From Verrucomicrobiota bacterium (GTDB taxonomy: Bacteria; Verrucomicrobiota; Verrucomicrobiia; Limisphaerales; AAA164-E04): DNA of 64,000 nucleotides. The stretch spans positions 5,536,001-5,600,000 of the forward strand of contig CP170459.1 of NCBI GenBank assembly GCA_047947115.1, in the 5' to 3' direction. How positions within the stretch are numbered: the first letter of the stretch is position 1; the number at the start of each line of letters is the position of its first letter. Shown here piece by piece: positions 40,600-51,667 of this stretch. Both the position numbers and the translations under genes were made by a program. A model generated the notes under the pieces. It saw nothing but the letters and a program-made list of their open reading frames with translations. It ran no database searches and had not been told where the DNA came from.

Positions 40600-40959
40600 A
40601 ATGTTTTTTGAAAAAGGTGATTACGCTGAAATTTTGAACAAATTCACTGCGGACAAATCGAGGAGGCGTCTGGTTTCCTCGATTTGTCATGAACAGCTGT
40701 GGGTTACGGCCGGGGTGCGAACGGATACATCGCAAACTTCAACAAATTATTGGTTGAATCTGCATTGGCAATGTGTCGTTGACATGTGCTTTATGTGACG
40801 AAGTTGAAAAGAAATCATTACGTGCGATGTCCTGGAAGTCACGCAAATCATACTCGTTTCAACAGGTCCTTATCCGCTCAGTGCTACGGTTTTGTGACAT
40901 TATCAAACAATTGCCGAAAAGAATTGAATTGATCATGGAATCGCATTAACCCCGCTTGA

Positions 40960-42363
40960 TTGGATTTTGATGTGATCATATTGGGAAGTGGTGCGGGTGG
41001 TGGTGTCGCAGCTTATCAGTTGGCCAGCCGTGGATGGAAGGTCCTGTTAATTGAAAGAGGTTCTTTCGTGAAAGATGGTCATGCTTCACACCCCATATCC
41101 TCAGGTTTGGATCAGCAATCCTACCTTGTGAATGGAAGACACAGAAAGCTCACGGTAGGATACGGCTTGGGCGGTGGCACTGAAGTATACGGCGCAGTAT
41201 TGATGCGACCACACGAAGTTGATTTCGCTCCTGGCCAACACTATTCAAACTTGTTTCCAAAAGCGGAATGGGATTGGCCGGTAAGTTTTGCGGAAATGCG
41301 GCCCTATTATGAACAAGTTGAAAACCTTTTCGGCATCACCCCTTTCCAAGCTCAAAATGAATTGCCTGCCGGTCAAACGGCTCCCATCAATGAACGCTTG
41401 CACCAGGCATGGAAACGCAACCATATCGCTTCGGGCATACTGCCTCTGGCCATCCAGAGAAATAGTTGTCTGGAATGTGAGGATTGCCCGGGTTTTCTAT
41501 GCCCAAATGGTTCACGCCTGGGAGTCCGACACCTGATTGAGCGTGCCATGCGCTCCCATGATTTAGAGGTATGGAGCGGATTCCACGCCCTTCAGATCAA
41601 TAAAAATAGAGGAGAGGCGCTTTTGGAAAATGTGCGCACCAGCGAACAAAAAACAGTTAAGGCCAGCATTATAGTCGTATCGCTGGGCGCCATGCAATCG
41701 CCCGCCTTGTTCTTACGATCAGAATGGGAAGACTCGAGCGGATTACTGGGACGTCGTTATATGTACCACGCAGGCGGGGTCGTTGCCGGATGCTTCATAA
41801 ATCAAACGCAGGCGGGTGAGAGATTCGTAAAACAACTGGGTACAGACCAATTCTATTTGGGTTCACCACAGAGCAACAATGAAAAGTGGGGCGTGATTCA
41901 ATCCTTACCCACTCCTCGATTGCTACCTTCGTTTTTAAGGAACCGAACTTATCTCATGATGGCGACGGTTGAGGATATTCCGCAGGCGGACAACCGTATT
42001 ACCATTGATCGAAAGGGAAATCCGGTGCTGCACCACAGGTTTCATTCATTTGATTTGAAAAGATCCAAGGATGCCGTTCGGATATTGAAAGGACTCCTGC
42101 GAATGGGAGGAGCCGTCGGCACGATCGGCTTAACGGCTGATCGAAATAATACACACGTAGGACACCAGGTTGGCACCATGTGTTTCGGTAAGAATTCCAA
42201 AACATCTGTTCTGGATCCATATTGCCGACCTCATGGAACCGAACGGATGTTCGTGTTGGATGGAAGCTTTATGCCTACTTCACTGGGAGTCGGACCGGCA
42301 TTAACCATTATGGCCAATGCGCTGCGTGTCACTGACTGGATTTGCAAGCAATATGGAAAATAA
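40960..42363 (+). CDS. GMC-family FAD oxidoreductase
   Basis: DVIILGSGAGG, GLGGGT, CLECEDC..FLC, HQVGTMCFG, DGSFMPTSLGVGPALTIMANALRV. Confidence 0.9.
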   Translation: MDFDVIILGSGAGGGVAAYQLASRGWKVLLIERGSFVKDGHASHPISSGLDQQSYLVNGRHRKLTVGYGLGGGTEVYGAVLMRPHEVDFAPGQHYSNLFPKAEWDWPVSFAEMRPYYEQVENLFGITPFQAQNELPAGQTAPINERLHQAWKRNHIASGILPLAIQRNSCLECEDCPGFLCPNGSRLGVRHLIERAMRSHDLEVWSGFHALQINKNRGEALLENVRTSEQKTVKASIIVVSLGAMQSPALFLRSEWEDSSGLLGRRYMYHAGGVVAGCFINQTQAGERFVKQLGTDQFYLGSPQSNNEKWGVIQSLPTPRLLPSFLRNRTYLMMATVEDIPQADNRITIDRKGNPVLHHRFHSFDLKRSKDAVRILKGLLRMGGAVGTIGLTADRNNTHVGHQVGTMCFGKNSKTSVLDPYCRPHGTERMFVLDGSFMPTSLGVGPALTIMANALRVTDWICKQYGK

Positions 42364-43150
42364 ACATCGCAAAGTTGTCATCACCGGTATCACCGGTGTC
42401 CTCGGGCAGGCACTAGGAAAGCGTTTTCACCAGGAGGGAGCTTTCGTCATTGGAGTCAGTCGCTCCAATCAGTTCGAAGCACCGTGGTTAAGCCAATTGC
42501 TCACGCTGGATCAGAATTCATTAGCGGACGTTGGTCCAATATTGGATGTGGATCCCGATGTGATCATCCTCAATGCAGGTCAAATCGAGAAAGAGATTGG
42601 AGACCATGGCGAACCTTTACCGCAACATGCAGATTCCATTAACCGGATCAACTATCAATGGCCATGCGATGTGGCGATGGGAGCCATGAATCGAAGCTGG
42701 ACACATCCTCTTGATGTCATAGCGATTGGATCCATTGCTGATTGCTGCCCTTCAAGTTTCGGGCCGGTTTACCATTCCTCAAAGATTGCGCTCCATTACT
42801 TTTGGACCGGAGCCGGACCTATCTTTCATGCGGGGAGTCAACAACAAATAAGACTGCGACTGTATCGCCCCGGAGCCATCAAGAGCGACCTGGCATGGGC
42901 GCCGATCAATCGCTTGATCGAGGGCGGCAAAGGTCATCAGATGAGAAAAAAACGCGTTGCGGCGTCCCCTTCAGGAGAGCAGGTGGCTGATCACTTTCAT
43001 AAATGGTTTCTCAAACCCAATGCGTGGGTGGGTGGATGGGGTGAACCCATATCATTCAAAGCCCTTCGATTGATTTTTGGCTGTTTCCCGAATTTTTTTT
43101 ACAAGATGCAATGTTGGGCATGGAAAAAACAAAGCCGATTTTCTCAGTGA
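42353..43150 (+). CDS. Short-chain dehydrogenase/reductase
   Basis: VVITGITGVLG, ILNAG, IGS, YHSSK, RPG; overlaps the GMC gene end. Confidence 0.82.
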   Translation: MENKHRKVVITGITGVLGQALGKRFHQEGAFVIGVSRSNQFEAPWLSQLLTLDQNSLADVGPILDVDPDVIILNAGQIEKEIGDHGEPLPQHADSINRINYQWPCDVAMGAMNRSWTHPLDVIAIGSIADCCPSSFGPVYHSSKIALHYFWTGAGPIFHAGSQQQIRLRLYRPGAIKSDLAWAPINRLIEGGKGHQMRKKRVAASPSGEQVADHFHKWFLKPNAWVGGWGEPISFKALRLIFGCFPNFFYKMQCWAWKKQSRFSQ

Positions 43151-43419
43151 TTTCATTGCATTCTCTCCAGCGAATAGCCTCATTTCTTCACTCTTGATTC
43201 ATTACGAGATGTTATCAAAAACCGACAATTTGTTACAACCCTAAGACAGGTCTGCTTCATTTATGACTTTTAGGTTTCACTCGTGTAAAAGCGTTCTTTC
43301 GTAACGTGATTGAGATTGCAGGGAACAGTTGTTGTTCACTTTGATCAGCCCGTTCTTTTCCTGTTGAGAAGGAAAGGGATGGTTGGTTCATCAACTAAAA
43401 AACAGCAACTGACTTGCTC

Positions 43420-46400
43420 ATGAATATTAGCGAGAAATGGAAAAAGATCGGCGCTGCTCTGGCAGCGTTGTTTATCGCCTCTTCAGGAGGAATACACGCG
43501 CAGACACCTGCGAAACTCCCTACACCGGAACCCGGAGTCCTTTACAGCCGTGATGGTGTGGACGTCTTCGACAGTGGTTACGGATCCGGCATGGCTCAGC
43601 ATCCGTCCGATGCCAACCTGTTCTACTTAATGACCGATCGCGGGCCCAATTTTGACGGAGCCGAGTCTGGCATCAAAGTTTTTCCGGTTCCGTCTTTCGC
43701 TCCCCGCATCGGGCTTTACCGACTGGCAGGAGAGGAACTGGTGCAGGAATCCATCATCACCATCAAGGACGCCGCCGGCAACGATATCAGCGGCCTCCCC
43801 AATCCTGAAGGAGCTGGCAGCACTGGAGAAACAGCTCAGGATTTGGATGGAAATATCCTGGAACCTGATCCGGAGGGCTTGGATCCCGAAGGTCTGGTTG
43901 CATTGGCTGACGGCACTTTCTGGATCAGCGATGAATACGGCCCTCACATTCTCCATATCAATGCGGATGGCAGCACCATTGAGCGCATCAATCCGTTTGG
44001 AACCGGAGAAGGCGGCCGCAGGTTGCCCAAAGTTTTCGGCAACCGACGCGCGAATCGCGGCATGGAAGGTCTGACGATCACTCCGGATGGTAAAAAACTG
44101 GTGGGCATCATGCAGTCGGCCTTGGATAATCCATTCGAATCTCGCAGCTGGATTCGCGGCAATTCCCGTGCAACCCGCATCCTCGTTTATGACATTGCCT
44201 CCGGAGACAGCCAACAGTTTGTTTACTTTCAGGATCGCCCCAACTTGTCCAACAGTGAAATCCGCGCTTTGTCGGACACCGAGTTTGTGGTGTTGGAACG
44301 TGATGGAGCATTCCCCAATTTCGAGGAAGGCAGCACGGTCATGAAGCGATTCTATCGCATTGACATTTCAGGCGCATCCGATGTTTCAGATCCCACCGAC
44401 GGGGAAATGGGACGCATGTTTGATGTGAACGGTGAAATGAAAACATTGGAACAAATGACCACCCTTGAAATTCTCGACGCAGGAGTGGTTCCGGTTTCCA
44501 AGAAACTCTATGTCGATCTGCTGGCCGAACTACCAGAAGGCTATTACCACGACAAACCTGAAGGTTTCGTGATTGCCGGAGACCAGGACATCTTCATCAT
44601 CAACGATGACGATTTCGGAATCGACAGCGATGGAGCCGGCAGCATTGTTCAGAAATTACTGCCCGACGGCCAAGTGGATCGCAACATTCTTTATCGCGTT
44701 CAAAACACCCAGGAAGCTCCTGCCGGATTTGCTCTTCAAATCATCCATAGTTCGGACAATGAATCCTCTTTCCAGGATCCGGACACTTTGGAACCCAAAA
44801 TTCTCAACTACGGAGCAATCGTTGGAGGGCTGCAGCAACTGGCGGAACGGGAAAATGCCGGTTCGATTTATGTCACCGCCGGTGACCACACCCTACCAGG
44901 CCCATTTTATGAAGCCGCAGCCGATGCCCCTTCCCTGGGTGCTCCCGGTATGGGCGACATCGCTTTTTTCAACGCCATGGGCTTGACCGCAAATGGCATC
45001 GGAAACCACGAATTCGACGGCGGCATCAACGACTTTGCCGTCATGTTGAACGCCGCTCAATACCCCTTCATCTCGGTCAACTTGGACTTTTCCAATGTTC
45101 AACTCACCGACGGAACACCCGCTATTCAGCGTGGTGTGGATGGGGGCAGTGTTCTCGAAAACGCCGGCAAGGTGGTTCGCAGCGCTTATGTGGAAGTCAA
45201 CGGTGAAAAGATTGGTTTGATCGGTCGTTCACCTGCCGATTTCTTCAACGTCATTGCCGATCCTGCCACCACACTTCCCGGATTGGAATTCTTCGGAGGT
45301 CGCAACCCTGAAGACAACCAACCACTGGTGTCCGCTCTCGGCATGGTGCTTGAACAGGTGGATATCCTGAAAGCCCAAGGAATCAATAAAATCGTTCTTC
45401 TGGATCACGCTCAGGATTTTACAGGCGATCCGCTTTCAGCCAACGCATTACGTGACATCGACGTCATCGTTGCAGCTGGTTCAACCGGGTTCATGGCGAA
45501 CCCTGAAGTCATGGGGCCATTCAACCTCCTGCGCTCCGGAGACAAGGCCCAGGCTGATTACCCAACCATGCGCGAAGACAGCGAAGGCAACCCAGTTTTC
45601 GTCGTGAACAGTGACCAGCTCTACGCCTAAGTGGGGCAGTTGATCGTGCGTTTTGACGAAAACGGCATCGTCACTTCAGTCGACGATCGTAGCGGTCCCA
45701 TCGCAACCACAGCTGAAGGTGTGGCTGCTCTGAGTGAATATCTGGTGGTTCCGACCTTGCAACCCAATGCCGAGGTTCAGTCCACCTGGGACGCATTGCT
45801 GGAAACCCCGTTTATTCAGGACCTGAACACCATCGTTGGGACAACCAGTCATCCTCTGCAGGGCGCCCGCGCCTTTGTTCGCAGCCGCGAAACCAACCTG
45901 GCGCGCATGGCTGCCGATTCCACTTTATGATTCGCCAACAAGTGGGCACGTGAATCGGGCCAAGGCATCTTCGTGGATATCGCCTTGAAGAACGGCGGTG
46001 GAATTCGCAATTCCATCAACGGACCAAACGTCACTCGATTCCTCGTGGCGCAGGCACTGGCTTTCAATAACAAATTGGCCATTGTAGAAATAGCCGGTCA
46101 TGAGTTGCTGGCTGCGATGGAAAACGCCATCAGCCGTTATCCAAGCCTTGACGGTCGCTTTCCTCAAGTGGCTGGCATCGAGTTGGAATTTGATCCCAAT
46201 CGTCCAGGCATCTCCGACCAAATCAGTCTTCGTCATGCTTCCCGCATCGGAAATTTGACCGTCATCCGCGCCAGTGGTGAACGAGTCGAATTGATCAAAG
46301 ACTTCCGCGTGGTTGGAAACTTGGATCAAACGTTCTTCCTGGCAACCAACAATTTCCTCTTGACCGGGGGAGATGGTTACACGGCGTTCAAAGCGATCAA

Positions 46401-49400
46401 TGATGATCCTGCCCGCAAGGTTTTGATTCCGGAAACGGGCGAGCAGCAGATTCTGGAAAACTACATCGTTCAAGCCTTCGGAGGAACGGTCAACGTTCCC
46501 ACCAAGCTCGACCGCCCACGCGTTCAAGTTTACAACTACCTGAAGGCCGAAGGCACCTACTCAACCGGCGCCTTTGATGAAAGTGCTGCTGAGATTGTCA
46601 CCTTCGATCCTGTTCTTCGACGTCTCTTCGTCTCCAATGCATTCAATAACTCCGTCGAAGTGTTGGACGCATCCAATCCAAAACGTCCGGAATTCCTGTT
46701 CAGCGTTCAGGCAGCCGGCGGCAATGTGAATTCGGTGGCCGTTCATAATGGCATCGTTGCATTGGCCGTTGAAAACAATGAAAAGACTGAAAATGGTTTT
46801 GTTCTGTTTGTTGACGGTATTGCCGGAACGGTGTTGAACAAGCTGGAAGTCGGTGCTTTACCTGACATGCTGACTTTCACCCCGGACGGCTCCAAAGTGC
46901 TGGTGGCCAATGAAGGCGAGCCCAACGACGATTACACCATCGATCCTCGTGGCAGCGTCTCCATCATTGATCTCGGCAGTGGATCATTCATGGATGTCGT
47001 CATGGCCAAACAGTCGGATGTGACGCCTATTACCTTCGAGGCATTTGATCCCTTGACGGACATCTTCCGATCCATTGGCATTCGCATTTTCGGTCGAATC
47101 AACGATCCTCTCACCGGAGAGTTTCTCCGTGAATCCAAAGCTTCCGAAGATTTGGAGCCTGAATACATTGCGGTTTCTCCCGATGGGAAAAAGGCCTTTG
47201 CCACAATGCAGGAAAACAACGCAATCGCTGTCATCGACCTTGAAACAAACACACTGATCGACCTTGCACCGCTAGGATTCAAAGACCACAGCATTGAAGG
47301 CAACGGCCTTGATGCCAGTGACAAGGATGGCGGCATCAACATCCAAACCTGGCCTGTTATGGGAATGTACATGCCTGATGCGATCGCTTCATTCGAAAGC
47401 CTGGGCAAAACCTTCGTGGTGTCCGCCAATGAAGGCGACAGTCGCGACTATGACGGGTTCAGTGAAGAAGTCCGTGTGGAAGACCTTGTGCTGGACCAGG
47501 AAACTTACCCTGAAGCAGAGATGCTTCAGGCAAGCGAAAACCTGGGTCGATTGAAGACAACCATCACGATGGGAGACTATGATGAAGATGGAGATGTCGA
47601 CCAAATCTTCTCTTACGGAGCGCGTTCATTCTCCGTTTGGGATGAGGAAGGCAATCTGGTCTGGGACTCCGGCGATGAGTTCGAACGTCGCCTGGCCGAA
47701 CTGATGCCAGAGAACTTCAACTCCGCCAACGATGAGAATGATTCCTTTGACAGTCGTTCGGACGACAAAGGCGCGGAACCCGAAGCCATCACCATCGGCG
47801 AAGTTGATGGACGCATCCTTGCCTTTATCGGTCTGGAACGCGTCGGCGGCATCTTCATTTATGATGTGACCTATCCCTACGCTCCCAAATATGTCAACTA
47901 CCTGAACAACCGGGACTTCACCGTGGTTTACGAATCCGGAAGTCCAAACGACGTAGAGTTGAACGCCATTGGAGACCTTGGACCGGAAGGCATCATTTTC
48001 GTTTCGGGAGACAAAACTCCGAGTGGAGAGCCCATGCTCATGGTGGCAAACGAAGTGAGTGGCAACACCACCATCTTCACCGTGCGCATTCCGCCTATGG
48101 TGGACTACAAACTGCAGGTGCTGCACAGCTCCGACAATGAGTCGGCATTCCAAAACCCGAATACATTGGAATCCACCATTCTGAACTACGGTACAGTGAT
48201 GCACGGTCTTCAGGCAGTTGCCGCAAAGGAAGGAATTCCTTCGATTTACCTGACAGCCGGCGATCACACCTTGCCTGGTCCGTTCTATCAGGCTTCCGCG
48301 GAAGTGCCCGAATTCGGAGCTCCAGGTCTGGCTGACATCGCTCTCTTCAATGCGATGGGCTTGACCGCAAATGGCATCGGCAACCATGAATTCGACGGTG
48401 GCATCAATGACTTCGCCCGCATGCTCTCCAAGGCCAACTACCCGTTCATCGCGGTCAACCTGGATTTCTCCAAGGTTGAACTCGAATCCGGCGCCCCTGC
48501 CATTCGACGCGGTGTGGACGGAGGCAGTGTTGAGGAGAACGCCGGTAAAGTGGTTCGCAGCGCTTATGTGGAAGTGGGCGGCGAGAAGATCGGTTTGATC
48601 GGTCGCGCACCTGCTGATTTCTTCAATGTCATCAGCGATCCTGCCAGCACCTTGCCTGGACTGGACTTCATCGGCGGCCGCAATCCTGAGGATAATCAAC
48701 CTCTGGTATCCGCCTTGCAATTCGTTCACGAGCAAGTCGCTCTATTGGAATCCAAAGGGATCAACAAGATCATTCTTCTGGATCATGCACAGGACTTCAC
48801 CGCCGATCCTCTGTCTGCTTCGTCACTGCACGGGATCGACATTGTGGTGGCCGCTGGTTCCACTGGTTTCATGGCCCGTCCTGAAGCGGAGGGTCCGTTC
48901 AACATGCTACGACCAGAAGATGCTTCCAGTGCTGCTTACCCAACCGAACGCACAGACGCCGATGGGCATACTGTGCTGGTGGTGAACAGCGAACAGTTGT
49001 ATCGCTACGTTGGCAACCTGATCGTTGGATTTGATCCGGAAGGGCATATCAACTTCATTGATGATCGCAGCGGCCCGGTGGCAACCACCAAGGAAGCCAT
49101 CAAGGCATTGGAAAGCTACATCGGAGACTTCAAACTGGAAACTCCAAGCGAAGTTACCGCGATTTATCGCAGCCTGACCCGCACTGAATTGATTCGCAAA
49201 CTGTATGAAGTAGTTGGTGAAACAACTGCACCTCTGAACGGATTGCGAGCTGATGTGCGCAGTCGCGAAACGAATCTCGGACGCCTGGCTGCCGACTCCA
49301 CACTGTGGTTTGCCCGCAGCTACGTGGCGGACAACGGTCTTGATATCCCGGTGGACATCGCCCTTAAAAACGGTGGCGGCATTCGCAGCACGATCAGCGG

Positions 49401-50316
49401 CCCGGCAATCCTCCAATTGCAGGTGGAAGCCGCTCTGGCCTTCAACAACAAGTTGGGCATCCTGCCACTGACCGCGGAACAACTGATTGCTTCCATGGAG
49501 AACGCTGTCAGTCGCTACCCCGCTCGTGACGGTCGATTCCCTCAAGTTGCCGGAATGTTCCTGGAATATGACGCAGAGAAAGAGGGCGTGTCGGATCAAG
49601 TCACCCTGAGCGTTCCTTCCCGTCTGAAAACCCTCGTGATCTTCAAACAAGACGGTACCGAAGATGTGGTGGTTGAGAATTATACGGCTCAAGGCGACTT
49701 GAATCGTGTATTCTGGATGGCCACCAACAACTTCTTGCTGACGGGAGGAGATGGCTATGCGGCGTTCAAGGCCGTCAATGACAATCCGGATGCACAGGTT
49801 ATCATTCCTGAAATGGGCGAACAGCAGATCCTTAAAGATTACATTCAGGATGAACTGGATGGCATGGTGGTTCTGCCGGAACCCCTCCTGGACAGCCGCA
49901 TTGTCAACATCCACGATGTTCCTATGTTGACGGCTTATCAGGTTCATGCACTCACCGTATTCGGTCGCGTGACGGACGATGCCGCTCCCGAAGCGGACTT
50001 CGACAAAGATGGAATCAGCAACTACACCGAATTCCACTTTGCCAGTGGTTCGGACAATCCGGATTCCCGCCCAATGGTTCAGGCCGGGGCAAACACCGAA
50101 GGCTTGATCACCTTGCGTCACACCCGGGCAGCCGGTTCAGATGCCACCTGGGTTTATGAAGCCACCGAGGACCTGATCAACGGAACATGGGACACATTGG
50201 TTGAAGGTGAACACTTCCAAATGCTGGTTACCGAGCAGGACGGCGTTGAGACAGTCGAACTTCAAACCTTGAACACAGGGTTTGAAACGTTGTTCGTGCG
50301 TGTTCGCGTTGAGTAA
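43420..50316 (+). CDS. Giant secreted phosphatase: phytase-like esterase + 5'-nucleotidase + choice-of-anchor-I propeller + second 5'-nucleotidase; interrupted by two in-frame stops (TAA 45628, TGA 45928)
   Basis: ORFs 43414-45630, 45631-45930 and 45973-50316 share one frame. TDRGPN/DPEG/SDEYGP/NRGMEG (phytase-like); HSSDNES/GNHEFD/RETNL/NGGGIR/DGRFPQVAG twice; SAAEIV/ANEGEP/EPEYI/RSDDKGAEPE/GLERVGG (anchor I). Confidence 0.85.
44728..49910 (+). repeat. Intragenic duplication of the 5'-nucleotidase module (about 44728-46530 and 48106-49910)
   Basis: Colinear at a 3378-bp offset from the HSSDNES motif through ADSTL, with long near-identical DNA and peptide stretches. Confidence 0.9.
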
Positions 50317-50347
50317 GTCATCGTTCAACAAGTTGTTTTAAGACATC

Positions 50348-50380
50348 AAGGCCCGGAGGATTCCCCTCCGGGCCTTTTTT
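50348..50380 (+). terminator. Rho-independent terminator
   Basis: aaggcccggagg-attc-cctccgggcctttttt. Confidence 0.9.
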
Positions 50381-50551
50381 CTAATCCAAACCGGGCTGAT
50401 ACCGATTACCGGAAAACGAGTCTTTTTGATTACTCCACCCCAAGTTCATCGAAGATTCCCCGGTGGTTGCAGGTTCAGAACATAGGTAACACAAAAGGCA
50501 AAGGACGAGGTATCGGTGCATACAGCAGGAAATATCACTATCTTCTGAAAT

Positions 50552-51667
50552 TCATGAGAGCCGCAGGACGGCACGTTTTCCGGGATGCGATTTGGCATAT
50601 TCGACGGCTTTTGCCGCTTCCGTCAATTCAAACTCTGCCCCGATCAATTCATGCCAGGGCAAATTCTTACCTTGTCCGGCCATGAACCGGGTGGCGTGCT
50701 CCAAATCTTCCGGTCGATAATTATGATTACCCATAATTGTCAGGGAACGACGAACGATTTGATCCGGATCCATCGACAAGGGCGGCGATGGAAAAACAGT
50801 TCCCGCCAAAACCAATCGTCCTCCATTTCGAAGCAACTCCAATCCCATGACTGCCGCCTGTGTGGAACCAGCCAACTCAAGGACGACATCGTGTTCCCGA
50901 AGCTTTGAGGGATCCTGTTCGAGGTATTGCTTTGAAAAAGTCTCCGGATGCCACACAACATCTGCGCCAAAAGAACGGGCACGCTCATGGAGATCGCAAT
51001 TGGGTTCAAACACCACCACCCTCCCACAACCCTGTGCCTTTGCCAATGCCACCGCGCACAACCCGGCATAACCTCCCCCCATGACAACCAGTTTTGTTTC
51101 CGCATCAAAGTTCACGCCACTTTCACGCAACATCGCAACCGCCGTAGAGACGGCACAATTGATGGGGGTGGCTGAATGTGCAGGAATCGTATCCGGCAGC
51201 TTAAGGACAGGCGTTCCGGGTTTGAGGATAATATAATCAGCCATGCCTCCACTCGAGCCTTCTCCGGTCGGGGAAACGGGTTCATGGCCGTATTTAAACA
51301 ATTGTTCGCACTTCTGAGGTAATCCATGCCGACAGAAAAAGCACTCCCCGCAATGCGCATAGATTGCCCACGTGATCCGATCTCCGACACTCAATTCCTG
51401 CTCACTGAAATCCTTGAGGACGGCCCTGTCTCCAAACGCAACAATTTTTCCGATGATTTCATGCCCAAGCACCGTCGGAGTTGAAACCTGCCTGCGACCG
51501 CACATGGTGTGCACATCACTTCGACAAATGGCACAGTGAGTGATTCTTACCAGGATTTCCCCGCCCGTTGGCTGCTGCCACGTAGCAGAGATCAATTCCA
51601 GCTCGGTATCCGGCCCATGATACAAAGCAATCCGACCGACATAATTTTGACAAGGTTCCACGCTCAT
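50552..51667 (-). CDS. Zn-dependent alcohol dehydrogenase, phosphonate-catabolism-associated type
   Basis: CRSDVHT..GRR, LGHE, CGECFFC...LPQKC, NCA, GNHNY; adjacent to DUF5690 and near a PhnZ-like gene. Confidence 0.8.
   Translation of the reverse strand: MSVEPCQNYVGRIALYHGPDTELELISATWQQPTGGEILVRITHCAICRSDVHTMCGRRQVSTPTVLGHEIIGKIVAFGDRAVLKDFSEQELSVGDRITWAIYAHCGECFFCRHGLPQKCEQLFKYGHEPVSPTGEGSSGGMADYIILKPGTPVLKLPDTIPAHSATPINCAVSTAVAMLRESGVNFDAETKLVVMGGGYAGLCAVALAKAQGCGRVVVFEPNCDLHERARSFGADVVWHPETFSKQYLEQDPSKLREHDVVLELAGSTQAAVMGLELLRNGGRLVLAGTVFPSPPLSMDPDQIVRRSLTIMGNHNYRPEDLEHATRFMAGQGKNLPWHELIGAEFELTEAAKAVEYAKSHPGKRAVLRLS

Noticed and set aside
23634..45930. Genome-wide stop-codon reassignment (TGA=Trp or TAA=Tyr) to explain the in-frame stops
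   Set aside because: TGA and TAA end many clearly complete genes here (e.g. DUF1553, DUF1501, phoH, phoX), and Trp is encoded by TGG throughout.
45928..45970. Selenocysteine at the TGA in the 5'-nucleotidase
   Set aside because: It aligns with Trp in the duplicate copy, and no convincing SECIS-like hairpin follows.
47626..50121. Long minus-strand ORFs (369 and 404 aa), and similar ones at 19999-20751, 57801-58724 and 61642-62403
   Set aside because: Antisense shadows of strongly codon-biased genes, with no recognisable motifs.
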